From: an uncultured Aquabacterium sp.
GTDB lineage: Bacteria; Pseudomonadota; Gammaproteobacteria; Burkholderiales; Burkholderiaceae_C
Assembly: GCA_963511655.1 (NCBI GenBank)
Contig: CAUPJV010000001.1
Location: 132,987 to 196,986, forward strand
Direction of reading: 5' to 3'
Length of the DNA stretch: 64,000 nucleotides
The stretch's first letter is position 1. Each line of letters opens with the position of its first letter. The notes under the pieces were generated by a model. The model worked only from the letters and a program-made list of their open reading frames with translations, was not told the origin of the DNA and made no database searches. The translations under genes and the position numbers were made by a program. Below are positions 10,401 through 17,827 of this stretch, one piece after another.

Positions 10401-13400
10401 GTTCTGGATCGGCTCGATCATGATGGCCGCCAGTTCGTGCGCGCACTGGCGCAGCACCTCCAGCGACGCGGGGCTGTCGTAGTCCAGCACCAGGATGTTT
10501 TCCACCGCGTTGGCCAGGATGCCCGGGGCGGCCGACAGCGAGCGCAGCTGCTTGGTGCCGCGCACGATCACCTCGTCGAAGATGCCGTGGTAGCTGTTGT
10601 TGAAGATGGCGATTTTCTTGCGGCCGGTGACGGTGCGCGCGATGCGCATGGCGCCCATCACGGCCTCGGAGCCGGTGTTGCAGAAGCCCACGCGCTCCAT
10701 GCCCGTGAACTCGCGCATCAGGTCGGCGACTTCAGCGGCCATGGGGTGCTGGGGGCCGACCTCGATGCCCTTGTGCAGCTGCTCGACCATGGCCTGTGTC
10801 ACGTCGGCCGGCTTGTGGCCCAGGAAGTTGGCGCCGAAGCACGACAACAGGTCGATGTACTCGTTGCCGTCGATGTCCCAGATGCGCGCGCCGTCGGAGC
10901 GGTCGGCCACGATGGGGTAGACCAGGTCCTTCCACATCGGGTTGAAGCCGGTGACCACGCGCGGGTCGGCCATGGACTTGCGGTGTCGCTGGCTGAAGGC
11001 CTTGGAGGCGCCGGAGCGCTGGTTGTAGCGGCGGATGAAATCGTCGATCCACTGCTGCTGGGCCGGGGTGAACTCGTTGTTGGCAGACAGCACGATGCGC
11101 GCCGAAGCCCCGAACGGTTTTTCCACGAGGGCGTTTTTGGCGGGTTGCTCGGTGGCGGGGGGTGTGATGGCGGGTGGTGCGATGGCGGGTGGTGCGATGG
11201 GCGCGCTGGGTGCCCCCAAAGGCATCGCCGCGATCGGTGCGCTGGCCGCGCCGGGCGTGGGCTGTCCCAGCAAGGCGAGCTGCATCTGCATGATCTGCAT
11301 CTGCTGCTGGATGACGGCCATCACGGCATTCTGGGAGCCGGGCTGAGTCGGCGCGACCGGCATGACCAGCGTCTGCACGGGCGCGAAGGCCACATCGCCA
11401 GCCTGCAGAGCAGCCGCAGCCGCAGACGTAGACGCAGCAGGCTGCGCCGCCTCCGGTGCGAAGCGATCGGCGGGCACCTGCCCGTCCAGGAACACCGCCA
11501 GCTTGCTCAAGGTGTCGACGTCTTCCAGCAAGCGCCTGAAGCGCATCTTCACGCCGAAGGCCTTCTCGAACTCCAGCGTCGCCTGGGTGAGGGACAGCGA
11601 GTCAAGGCCCTGGTCGACGAAGGTGGCGTTGCGGTCGACCGTTTCAGGCGGCAGCCCGGCCACGTCACCCAGGATGCGGACGATTTCTTGCTCGATGCGG
11701 GGCAGTCGATTCATGGTGATCGGTGGTTGAGGCGGGGCGGTGGTGGTCGGCAAAGGATCGGGCGTCGCAGCCAGGGACACGGTCGCGACCGCGCGTCGCG
11801 TGAACCAGTGCCGCTCGCGGCGGAAGGGGTAGGTGGGCAGGGCCACTCGCGGGGTGCCGGTCGGCACGGGCCAGGCCACGTCCACGCCCTGCGACCACAG
11901 CTGGCCCAAGGCGCTGAGCGCATGACGCACGGGCGCCAGGTTGGATTGAGCGGCCTGGGCCGAGCTGAGCAGGGGCACGATGGCGGGCACCGCACCGTCA
12001 ACGCGGTGTTGTCGGACCAAGGCCGTCAAGGCCTGGCCGGGGCCGACCTCGATGAACAGCACGTCGCCCGGTGCCTGAGCCAGGGCTTGCTCGGCTTGCA
12101 CCGCCCGGCTGAAGGCCACGGGCGCGCGCACCTGGCGGGCCCAGTAGCCCGGGTCGGTGGCTTCGTGGTCAGACAACAAGGCGCCGCTGATGCACGAGTA
12201 CACCGGGATGCGAGGCGCGGCCAGCGTGGCGTTTGACAGGGCCGCGTGCACGCGCGGCAGGGCGCCTTCCATGGAGGCGCTGTGGAATGCGTGCGAGACC
12301 TTCAGGCGCGTGACGCCGATGTCTTGCGCCTCCAGCGTTCGCGCCAGCGTGTCGATGTCGGCGTGCGACCCAGCGACCACGCTGAGCTGCGGGGCGTTGA
12401 GCGCGGCCACGTCGATGCCGACGGGCAAGAGGGGTTGCAGCGCATCCAGGCTTGCCCGCACGGCCAGCATGGCGCCAGGCGGTTGCGCGAACATGGCCGC
12501 GCCGCGCTCCACCACGGCTTGCATGGCATCGGTGGGCGACATCACGCCCGCGTGGCAGGCCGCGGCGTACTCACCGATGCTGTGCCCGATCATGGCGTGG
12601 GGCTGGATGCCCAGGCTGTCGAGCCAGGCAGCCAGCGCGTGAGACACCGCAAACAGCGCCGGCTGGGCGTGGCGGGTTTCAGCCAGCAGCGCGGCGGCCT
12701 GGGCGTCGTCGGGTGCGGCTTGCGTCAGCAGGTGACGCAGGGTGGCTGCGAGCTCGGCGGGCGCGGCCGACAGGCAACGCTCGAAGGCGTCCCCGAAAGC
12801 CGGAAAGGCCTCGACCAGCTCGCGCGCCATGCCGGGGTGCTGGGAGCCCTGGCCGGGAAACAGGAAAACCAGGCGCGTGGGCCGCTTGACGCCAACCGTG
12901 CCGCTGGGAGACGGGGCGGCGGCGAGGGCGCGCAGGGCGTCCACCGCCTCAGCCGCGTCGCGTGCCACCACGGCTGCCCGCACCGGCATGGCCTGGCGGC
13001 CGCGCATCAAGGTGGCGGCCACGGCGGACAGCGGGGGCACGGGGTGTGGCGGTGGGCTGCTGTGCAGCTTGCCGGCCGCCAGGTGTTCAGCGAGGTGCTC
13101 AGCGAGGTCAAGCGCACGCTGTTTCAGCGCCTCGGGGTGGCGCGCCGACAGGGGCAGCAGTTGCAGGCCGCTGCCCGCGTCGACACCCAGCGGCGTGGCC
13201 GGCAGTGTGACAGGCAACGTGGCAGGTGGCCCCTCTTCGACGATGACGTGCGCGTTCGTGCCCCCCACGCCGAAGGAGCTCACCGCGGCGCGGCGCACCA
13301 CCGCACCGCGCGCCCAACCCAGCGGCTGGCCACTGACCTGAAACGGCGTGGCGGCAAAGTCGATCTGCGGGTTGGCTTGCGAGAAATGCAGCGTGCCCGG

Positions 13401-16400
13401 GATGCACTCGCGGTGCAGCGCCAGGGCGGCCTTGATGAGCCCCAGCACGCCCGCGGCGGCCACCAGGTGCCCGACGTGGCCCTTGACGGAGCCCAGCGTG
13501 CAAAAGCCCGTCTCGCGGGTGTCTTGCGACCAGGCCCGCGTCAGCGCCGCGACCTCGATGGGGTCGCCCAGCGCCGTGCCCGTGCCGTGCGCTTCCACGT
13601 AGCCGATGCTGCGCGCGTTGACCTGAGCGTGGCGCAGCGCCATGCGGATGGCCTGGGCCTGGCCGCTGACGCTGGGGGCCGTGAAGCTCGCCTTGTCGGC
13701 GCCATCGTTGTTGAGCCCGACGCCTTTGACCACGCCGTAGACGGTGTCGCCATCAGCCAGGGCGCGCGACAGGCGCTTGAGCACCACCACGCCGCCCCCG
13801 CTGCCGAACACCGTGCCCGAGGCCTGAGCGTCGAATGGCCGGCAGCGCCCGTCGGCCGACTCCATGCCCCCTTCGACGTGCAGGTAGCCTCCCTCTTGCG
13901 GGACGATGACGGTCACGCCGCCGGCCAGCGCCACGTCGCACTGACCCTGTGCCAGCGCGTGCCAGGCTTGTGTGACGGCCACGAGCGAGGTCGAACAGGC
14001 GGTGTGGATGGCCACGGCCGGGCCGTTGAGGTTGAGTCGGTGCGCCACCCGGGTGGCCACGTAGTCCTTCTCGTTGGCCAGCATGGTGGTGAACTCGCCG
14101 GCTTGCGCGATGAGCTCGGGCTGCTCGGCTCGCATGGCAGGCAGGTAGCCGTTGTTGGCGCTGCCCGCGTAGACGCCGATGCGCCCCGGGCTGCGAGACG
14201 GGTCGATGCCGGCGTGTTCCAGCCCGCTCCAGCACAGCTCCAGGAACAGGCGCTGTTGCGGGTCCATCAGCGTGGCTTCGCGCGGCGAGATGCCGAAGAA
14301 GGCCGCGTCGAAGCGGTCGGCATCGGCCAGCACGCCGCGAGCCGCCACGAAATGGGGCTGGCTGCGCAGCGACTCGGGCACGGACGCATCGAGCTCTTCG
14401 GGCCGAAAACGCCGCAGCGTTTCCTTGTCGTTCAGCAAGTCGGTCCAGAAGGTGTCCAGGTCGCGGGCCTCGCCCACGCGCAAGGCCATGCCGACGATGG
14501 CGATGCCTTCGCCAGGAGGCGCACCGATCGGCCCTTCATCGATTTGCGGCGTGGAGGTGTCCGGTGCGCTCAGCAAGGCAGCCAGCCCGGCCACCGTGGG
14601 GCGGTCGTAGACGTCGGCCACGCTCAGCCGCACGCCTTGCTCCTTGAGTCGGGTGACGAAGCGCATCACCAGCAGCGAGCGGGCACCCTGGTCGAACACG
14701 TTGGCGTCGTCGGGCAGTTGGTCCAGGCCCAGCAGCTCCTGCCAGAGCTGGCGAATGCGCCCGACCAGCTCCGTGCGGCCCGCCCGCGAGGCGTTGCCTT
14801 GGGGGGCGTCGGCGCTGGGTGCATTGGCGCGTGGTGCATCAGCGCGTGGTACAGCCGGTGGCAGGCTGCGGCGGTCGATCTTGCCGCTGGGCGTCGTGGG
14901 CAGCCGCTGGAGCACCGCGAAGCGCACCGGGATCATGTACTCGGGCAGGCGCTCACGCAGCCAGCTGCGCCATCCCGACGCCAACGTGCTGGCGCCCGGT
15001 TTGAGCACCACGTGGGCGGTCAGCACGCGGCTGCCGTCTGGGTCGGTCGGGGCCGTGACCACCGCATCCAGCAAGTCGGGGTGCGCCATCAGGGCCAGCT
15101 CGATGTCACCGGGTTCGATGCGGAAGCCGTCGACCTTGAGTTGCTGGTCGGCTCGACCCAGGTAGGTGAGGGCGCCGCCGTCGTCCTGGCTGACCAGGTC
15201 ACCGGTGGCATACCAGCGCCCGGTTTGGCCCGCGGGCTCGATCAGGAAGCGATCGGCCGTGAGGCTGGCCTGGCCGAGGTAGCCTTCGGCCAGGGTTTCA
15301 CCGCCCAGCATCAGCTCGCCCGGCGCGACACCGGGCTCATCCGAGGCCACGGGACGCAACCAGACCTTCACATGGGGCAGTGGGCGCCCGATCGGCGGGA
15401 TCTGCGGCCAGGTCTGCGGTGAGCCACTGAGCTCATGGGCGGTGACCACGTGGGTCTCCGTCGGGCCATAGTGGTTGTGCAGCACGGCACCGCTCTGGCG
15501 CTCGAACAGCGCGCGGATGTTGGGCGTGACCTGGAGCTGTTCGCCCGCGCTGACGACGTCCTGCAGGCACAGGCCGCCCGCCGTGGGCGACTCGCTGTGG
15601 GCGTCGGCGTCGGCTTCGGCTTCGGCTTCGGCGTCTGCGTGCGCGAGCATCTGCAGCGCCACATAGGGCAGGTAAAGGCGTTGAACGCGCTGCTCGACCA
15701 GGGCGGCACGCAGCCGAGCGGGGTCGCGGCGCACCTCGTCGGAGACGAGCACCAGCGTGCCACCGGTGGCCAGCGTGGTGGCGATTTCCTGGAAATGCAC
15801 GTCAAAGGACAGGGGCGCGAACTGCAGCGTGCGCGCCGACTGCCCCAGGCGCGGGTGCGCTGCGTGCCAGGCGGTGAGGTGGGCCAGCGGCGCCACCCCC
15901 ATGGCCACGCCCTTGGGCCGGCCAGTGGAGCCGGAGGTGAAGAGCACGTAGACCAGGTCGCCCGAGCCGGCGTGCGGTGCCTCGGAGCGCGCACGCGGCG
16001 ACGCCAGGCAAGGGAATTCGCCCACCTGCGAGCGCAGCGCGTCCAGCGAGGCGGAGTCGCCCACGACGGCGCGCACCTGCGCATCCTCCAGCATGGCCTG
16101 CAGGCGCTCACTGGGGTAGCTGAGGTCCAGCGGCACGTAAGCCAGCCCGGCCTCCAGCGCCGCCAGGATGGAGACGATGGTGTCGACGCTGCGGGCAGCG
16201 GCGATCCCCACCCGGTCACCCGACTGCAGCCCTGCAGCCAGCCACGCGGCGGTGCGCTGGCTGACCTGATCGGCCAGCTGCTGGTACGTCAGGTGGGCGC
16301 CCAGGCCCTCGATCGCAACGCGCGCAGGCCACTGCACTGCGCTGGTTCGCAAAAGCTCTCGTAGGTGGATGTGCGCTCCAGCCCCGTTGGTCATCGTCAC
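1452..16400 (-). CDS. Hybrid NRPS/type I PKS with embedded class III aminotransferase, 4982 aa (A-T-KS-AT-ACP-AMT-C-A-T-C-T-C-A-T, no TE)
   Basis: Approximate domains: A1 14860-16370 (YVLFTSGSTGRPKG, NHYGPTE, SGKIDR); T1 14570-14775 (DQGARSLL); KS 13240-14510 (HTACSTS, HGTGT, KGHVGH); AT 11890-12885 (GHSIG, HAFH); ACP 11475-11715 (QGLDSL); AMT 9770-11030 (DEVVTGFR, TYGKIIGGG); C1 8400-9660 (SHLVFDG); A2 6870-8360; T 6560-6770 (GGHSL); C2 5200-6480 (HHLIWDA); T 4850-5060 (GGHSL); C3 3460-4740 (HHLIWDG); A3 1890-3390; T 1620-1810 (GGHSL). GTG start with AGGA upstream. Confidence 0.97.
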   Translation of the reverse strand: MTMTNGAGAHIHLRELLRTSAVQWPARVAIEGLGAHLTYQQLADQVSQRTAAWLAAGLQSGDRVGIAAARSVDTIVSILAALEAGLAYVPLDLSYPSERLQAMLEDAQVRAVVGDSASLDALRSQVGEFPCLASPRARSEAPHAGSGDLVYVLFTSGSTGRPKGVAMGVAPLAHLTAWHAAHPRLGQSARTLQFAPLSFDVHFQEIATTLATGGTLVLVSDEVRRDPARLRAALVEQRVQRLYLPYVALQMLAHADAEAEAEADADAHSESPTAGGLCLQDVVSAGEQLQVTPNIRALFERQSGAVLHNHYGPTETHVVTAHELSGSPQTWPQIPPIGRPLPHVKVWLRPVASDEPGVAPGELMLGGETLAEGYLGQASLTADRFLIEPAGQTGRWYATGDLVSQDDGGALTYLGRADQQLKVDGFRIEPGDIELALMAHPDLLDAVVTAPTDPDGSRVLTAHVVLKPGASTLASGWRSWLRERLPEYMIPVRFAVLQRLPTTPSGKIDRRSLPPAVPRADAPRANAPSADAPQGNASRAGRTELVGRIRQLWQELLGLDQLPDDANVFDQGARSLLVMRFVTRLKEQGVRLSVADVYDRPTVAGLAALLSAPDTSTPQIDEGPIGAPPGEGIAIVGMALRVGEARDLDTFWTDLLNDKETLRRFRPEELDASVPESLRSQPHFVAARGVLADADRFDAAFFGISPREATLMDPQQRLFLELCWSGLEHAGIDPSRSPGRIGVYAGSANNGYLPAMRAEQPELIAQAGEFTTMLANEKDYVATRVAHRLNLNGPAVAIHTACSTSLVAVTQAWHALAQGQCDVALAGGVTVIVPQEGGYLHVEGGMESADGRCRPFDAQASGTVFGSGGGVVVLKRLSRALADGDTVYGVVKGVGLNNDGADKASFTAPSVSGQAQAIRMALRHAQVNARSIGYVEAHGTGTALGDPIEVAALTRAWSQDTRETGFCTLGSVKGHVGHLVAAAGVLGLIKAALALHRECIPGTLHFSQANPQIDFAATPFQVSGQPLGWARGAVVRRAAVSSFGVGGTNAHVIVEEGPPATLPVTLPATPLGVDAGSGLQLLPLSARHPEALKQRALDLAEHLAEHLAAGKLHSSPPPHPVPPLSAVAATLMRGRQAMPVRAAVVARDAAEAVDALRALAAAPSPSGTVGVKRPTRLVFLFPGQGSQHPGMARELVEAFPAFGDAFERCLSAAPAELAATLRHLLTQAAPDDAQAAALLAETRHAQPALFAVSHALAAWLDSLGIQPHAMIGHSIGEYAAACHAGVMSPTDAMQAVVERGAAMFAQPPGAMLAVRASLDALQPLLPVGIDVAALNAPQLSVVAGSHADIDTLARTLEAQDIGVTRLKVSHAFHSASMEGALPRVHAALSNATLAAPRIPVYSCISGALLSDHEATDPGYWARQVRAPVAFSRAVQAEQALAQAPGDVLFIEVGPGQALTALVRQHRVDGAVPAIVPLLSSAQAAQSNLAPVRHALSALGQLWSQGVDVAWPVPTGTPRVALPTYPFRRERHWFTRRAVATVSLAATPDPLPTTTAPPQPPITMNRLPRIEQEIVRILGDVAGLPPETVDRNATFVDQGLDSLSLTQATLEFEKAFGVKMRFRRLLEDVDTLSKLAVFLDGQVPADRFAPEAAQPAASTSAAAAALQAGDVAFAPVQTLVMPVAPTQPGSQNAVMAVIQQQMQIMQMQLALLGQPTPGAASAPIAAMPLGAPSAPIAPPAIAPPAITPPATEQPAKNALVEKPFGASARIVLSANNEFTPAQQQWIDDFIRRYNQRSGASKAFSQRHRKSMADPRVVTGFNPMWKDLVYPIVADRSDGARIWDIDGNEYIDLLSCFGANFLGHKPADVTQAMVEQLHKGIEVGPQHPMAAEVADLMREFTGMERVGFCNTGSEAVMGAMRIARTVTGRKKIAIFNNSYHGIFDEVIVRGTKQLRSLSAAPGILANAVENILVLDYDSPASLEVLRQCAHELAAIMIEPIQNKYPTLQPTAFVQQLREIATQGGAALIFDEVVTGFRVAPGGAQEFYGVRADIATYGKIIGGGLPFAAIAGNSLWLDALDGGHWQYGDDSHPEAGVTYFAGTFVRHPLALAAARATLLHIKQGGHALYQAINGRTQRMVERINTAFAERRAPVKAVHCASLWRLSWDDNARNISLFYYLARFKGLHLYEQFGHFVTEAMTDSDCDLIADTFIEIMSELMSLGFIDPRAGSPCAGVTRPPAPPATSAPTSSPLTPGQTERWLAAIYDPAARVALNESFCVSLRGDVDRPALKLALQDVLQRHDAFKLRFDLDQPRQILEPSALVPVEEVDLRVCPDSDQALDQHSWQASATVFLLDQAPLARASILSLADGRVVVHVVASHLVFDGWASSVFNAELAQAYHARREGRTPQWGAAESALRFAETEHARFEHEEGKASVRHWQQALQNLPAAVSLGDQAPAGPRTFAGDTVRARLDGGQLDRLREQARSHGATLFQWLLHAVAELIWRESGRRDVVVSIPFAAQSLQRHGPLLADGVLDLPVRIQTREGEPLADRVRRIKSTLMDAMEFPLMTQGTAARAIGLQAEGSKPALTSIYFNLNPKVDLSGWAPLLASMHEGRKRGLLSEVFFNFHEQPDALTLDLHHSSEYLSHSRAQALVDRLMHILADGADACPAGPDPRVLTWNQTDRPLDAHARVEAWVSRQAMQTPTQLAVVSQDGTLTYQELEAQANQIARLLQTRGAAPGQRVGISLPRGRHLLPAMLGVLKTGASYVPLDPGFPGERLKMMAEDAGLTLVVTHSTCAEACGLPHSAQLQLDREAALLEAAHATGLPVHTDTQAPAYVIYTSGSTGRPKGVAVPHRAVCNFLASMRREPGLQPSDRLLAVTTLSFDIAVLELLLPLVTGGTVVLATRDQAMDGEALMALASQHHVSVMQATPTTWHLLLDAGWQPPQGFKALVGGEPLPAALASALLAKGVDVWNMYGPTETTVWSTLSHITDASGRIAIGRPIDNTQVWILDEALRPVPVGAEGEICIGGDGVALGYHGRPDLTAERFVALPWGPRPGRLVYRTGDLGRWREDGQIEHLGRMDFQVKIRGYRIELGEIEAQLERLAGVSRAVVIACEVTPGDMALIGYVVPQAGAALDTGALRNSLRQTLPDYMLPRSVLVLPALPLLPNNKVDRKALPVPSGTAHPSLPTPRSETPHPARADAATAGTPLAQAIDTVAREMGRLLGRERLGDSDHFFEQGGHSLMAAKLSAALAKALGQRPGLRVIFDHPTPAGLASALLQLKAAEAGEGVSSGQSDTIPVRADQSSAPLSQMQERVWFLENLTPDTVVHSIPTGHRLLGPLDVEAFNQAWRLLVQRQSVLRTVIARTPDGDVQRILPELPFSLIPFDDFSHLPEDERKPAMNKVIAELVETPYDLEKGPLFTARLFRLAPEEHGLLFQAHHLIWDAWSFDLLYVDLPELYAACLEGRPPGLPALTVSYGDFAAWHNEWMTGPELQRQLGYWREQLTPLPPPLDLTLDRPRPAVMSGRGGSFQFNLAKDVTDALRTQARQRGRTLYITLLAAYALALHRVTKQNDFVIGTPVRGREQPALEHLMGFFVNMLPLRMQPGADMTLPAWLDAVHRKVVEAFSYPDVPFDHLVHVMQVPRDRSRPPIHQASFSYQDVRERTTRWGNVDHQRMPTPMLGAAQDLSLWCVETRNHIEFVFTFNADVLDTETVAAFGKALERMLRDIVTDPDRPLSGYDFTPGADAPPPALGAPVTPSSTVAADKPAEPTASVDVSVADSVADIVAEIWRGLLGLDRFGLDEDFFDRGGHSLLVMRAVTQIRKRSGRAVTVHTIFDNPTPRRLALALDGEGRTHAPDAADAADTQSAPTTATPTPVIPHREHAVTAPLSQMQQRIWYIENVTPHSVAHHIPSAHRLVGELNVQALDQAWQQLMLRQTALRTVIERTPTGDLQRVSNTLHASLLPLDDLSHLPENQREGSLRQRMDDIAVRPLDLEQGPLFAIRLFKLADQEHVLFFLVHHLIWDGWSFQVFNDELSELYDAALTGRPARLPDLPVTYGDFAAWHNQWMSGEVLQAQTAFWLTQMTPPPSPLALPVDRARPPVMSGQGGSCAFHLDPDTTRKLRDVARGQGRTLFTTLLSAFGLMLHKLTGQEDLVIGTPVRGRDHAEIESLIGFFVNTLPLRLRPRGDLTVSDWFTQVQRQAIDALSHPDVPLDHLVRSLQLPRDASRAPLHQALFSYQDARERQPKWGNVVHERFDVPMVGTTQDLALWCVETPEGIEFTISYNADILDASSAQLLGDRLSTLLRRLPDLAGSPLSDIDILCDREREDLRRWNNTTTDWPAAKNVVDLLRQQPHVGSTDIAISQAGERSLSHAELWARATQIARHLRAHGLGRGALVGVCMPRCPDLLATVLGILQSGAAYVPLDPDYPAERLSHMAQDARLAWVVSRSDTLHALDWPRDKTLLTDLDEALLLQQPDTPLAADPALDASISDAAYVIYTSGSTGLPKGVVVPHGSVVNFLRSMARESGLQAHQRLLAVTTLSFDISVLELLLPVLVGAEVVMCRGDDSRDPFLLKARVEEDIDVMQATPSTWHALVESGWQGAPGFIALVGGEPLPASLAGALLERCGAVWNMYGPTETTVWSTCWRVEHPERGVRIGQPIANTQVHVLTAQGQPCPIGTPGEICIGGDGVTSGYLHRPELTAERFVQDPFSPQPEARVYRTGDLGRWLADGTLEHLGRLDHQVKVRGHRIELGEIEAALLSQTVIGQAVVLAREDQPGDVRLVAYCVPRNGQDLGDGKAVTSMLASRLPDYMLPQHIVSLPALPRLPNGKVDRAALPRPNHAASRPAAARHNKRMPATPLEVTMAAVWQELIDTDDIGLDDNFFDLGGHSLLAMRAVTEIKRRTGLTLHVRRLIFETLGQLAASADKGSSSSASPLSGAKLADDGGSGSDRHADQHADQHASRPAKGGWLSRWLGR
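11166..11200. repeat. 15-bp tandem repeat (GATGGCGGGTGGTGC x2 plus partial) in the ACP-AMT linker
   Basis: Read directly; encodes the IAPPAIAPPAITPP linker stretch on the minus strand. Confidence 0.8.
15601..15636. repeat. Hexamer tandem repeat GC(G/T)TC(G/T) x6 inside adenylation domain A1
   Basis: gcgtcg gcgtcg gcttcg gcttcg gcttcg gcgtct; encodes ADAEAEAEADADA. Confidence 0.85.
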
Positions 16401-16501
16401 CTCGTCCTGCCTTTTGGTGGGTGGCGCTCAGGCATGACTTGCCCGTGCCTGGCTTCACCCCATTCGTGAGTCTGTGGCGTGCCTGTGGCACGCACCCAAG
16501 G

Positions 16502-16517
16502 AGTAACCATTGTTACT
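16502..16517. promoter_or_regulatory. Inverted repeat AGTAAC-N4-GTTACT, candidate operator in the megasynthase/dusA divergent region
   Basis: Perfect 6-bp arms in an AT-richer intergenic region about 100 nt upstream of the megasynthase start; regulator unknown. Confidence 0.4.
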
Positions 16518-16748
16518 TCGCAGTATTCACCGTGTTCAAAGCGAAAGGGTGGCTTGCCCCCAGGTTAAAGGGGTAAAAATGTCTTGCTGTTCGGGGCATG
16601 CCCAGCGGCAGGCCGGTGTTTTTCCGATATTCCTATGGATTCGGTAGGCCCTGTTGTTTTCCCATCCTCTGAAAACCCCGCCGAATCGGCCTAGATGGCG
16701 TTTCAATGGGAGCGACCCGTGCGGGTGCGACGCGCTACAGTCTCGGCC

Positions 16749-17827
16749 ATGAACACCGAGCCCTTGAGTCCCTGGCGCGCCTGCGTGGCGCCGATGCTGG
16801 ACTGGACCGACACCCACTGTCGCTACTTTCACCGCCTGCTCAGCCCCCACGCCCGTCTCTACACCGAGATGCTGACCACCGGCGCCCTGGTGCACGGCCA
16901 GATGCACCGGTTCCTGGACTACGACACCAGCGAGCACCCCGTGGCGTTGCAGCTCGGCGGCAGCGAGCCGGCCGACCTGGCCCACTGCGCCAAGCTGGCC
17001 CAGAAATGGGGCTACGACGAGGTCAACCTGAACTGCGGCTGCCCGAGCGAGCGCGTCCAGCGCGGTGCCTTCGGGGCCTGCCTGATGAACGAAGCCAGCC
17101 TGGTGGGCGACTGCGTCAAGGCCATGATCGACGCGGTCGGGGGCGACCCGAAGGTGCCCATCACGGTCAAGCACCGCATCGGCATCGATCAGAACGAGTC
17201 TTATGACTTCGTGCGCGACTTCGTGGGCACCGTGGCCGAGGCGGGCTGCGAGGTTTTCATCGTGCACGCGCGCAACGCCTGGCTCAAGGGCCTGAGCCCG
17301 AAGGAAAACCGCGAGATCCCGCCTTTGCGCTACGGCATGGTCCACCAGCTCAAGCGCGACTTCCCGCACCTGACCATCGTGCTCAATGGCGGCCTGGCCG
17401 ACAACGCCGCCTGCCTGGCTCAGCTGCAGCCCGGCGCCGAGCTGCCCGGCGTGACGCTGGATGGCGTCATGGTGGGGCGCGCGGCGTACCACACCCCCTG
17501 GATCCTGTCGGAGTGGGACGAGCTCTTCTTCGGCCAGGCCCCGCGCGCCGAGCCCTTGACCCGCGAGGGGGTTGAGGCCGCCATGGTGGCTTACGTCGAG
17601 CACCAGATGGCCCGCACCAAGGGCTGGGCGCACGGCGAGGTGCGCTGGCACCAGGTCATTCGCCACATCCTGGGGCTCTACAACGGCCTGCCTGGTGCCC
17701 GCCGTTGGCGCCAGGTGTGGTCCGACCACACCCTCAAGAACCACCTTCCCTCCGAGGTGATGAAGCTGGCGCACCAGCGACCGCCGCGTCGCGAAGAGCC
17801 CGGCACGGGCCTTGCAGCCGAGGCGGC

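Noticed and set aside
9828-15422. Long plus-strand ORFs 9828-12236 (802 aa) and 12246-15422 (1058 aa)
   Set aside because: Antisense shadows of the megasynthase caused by high-GC codon bias; no recognisable motifs.
9770-16370. Prodigiosin/pyoluteorin-like pyrrole pathway suggested by the Pro A domain
   Set aside because: No prolyl-PCP dehydrogenase or halogenase in the window, the pocket matches peptide-type Pro codes, and the aminotransferase is class III rather than the PigH/RedN type.
16401-16748. Riboswitch or sigma-54 promoter upstream of the megasynthase
   Set aside because: No c-di-GMP-I or other aptamer hallmarks were recognised; the GGCACG hits lack a correctly spaced TTGC.
16401-16800. 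Megasynthase as cargo of a dusA-associated genomic island
   Set aside because: Such islands integrate at the dusA 5' end and carry an adjacent integrase. No integrase or att-like repeat is visible here and the dusA N-terminus looks ordinary. It cannot be fully excluded without the other boundary.
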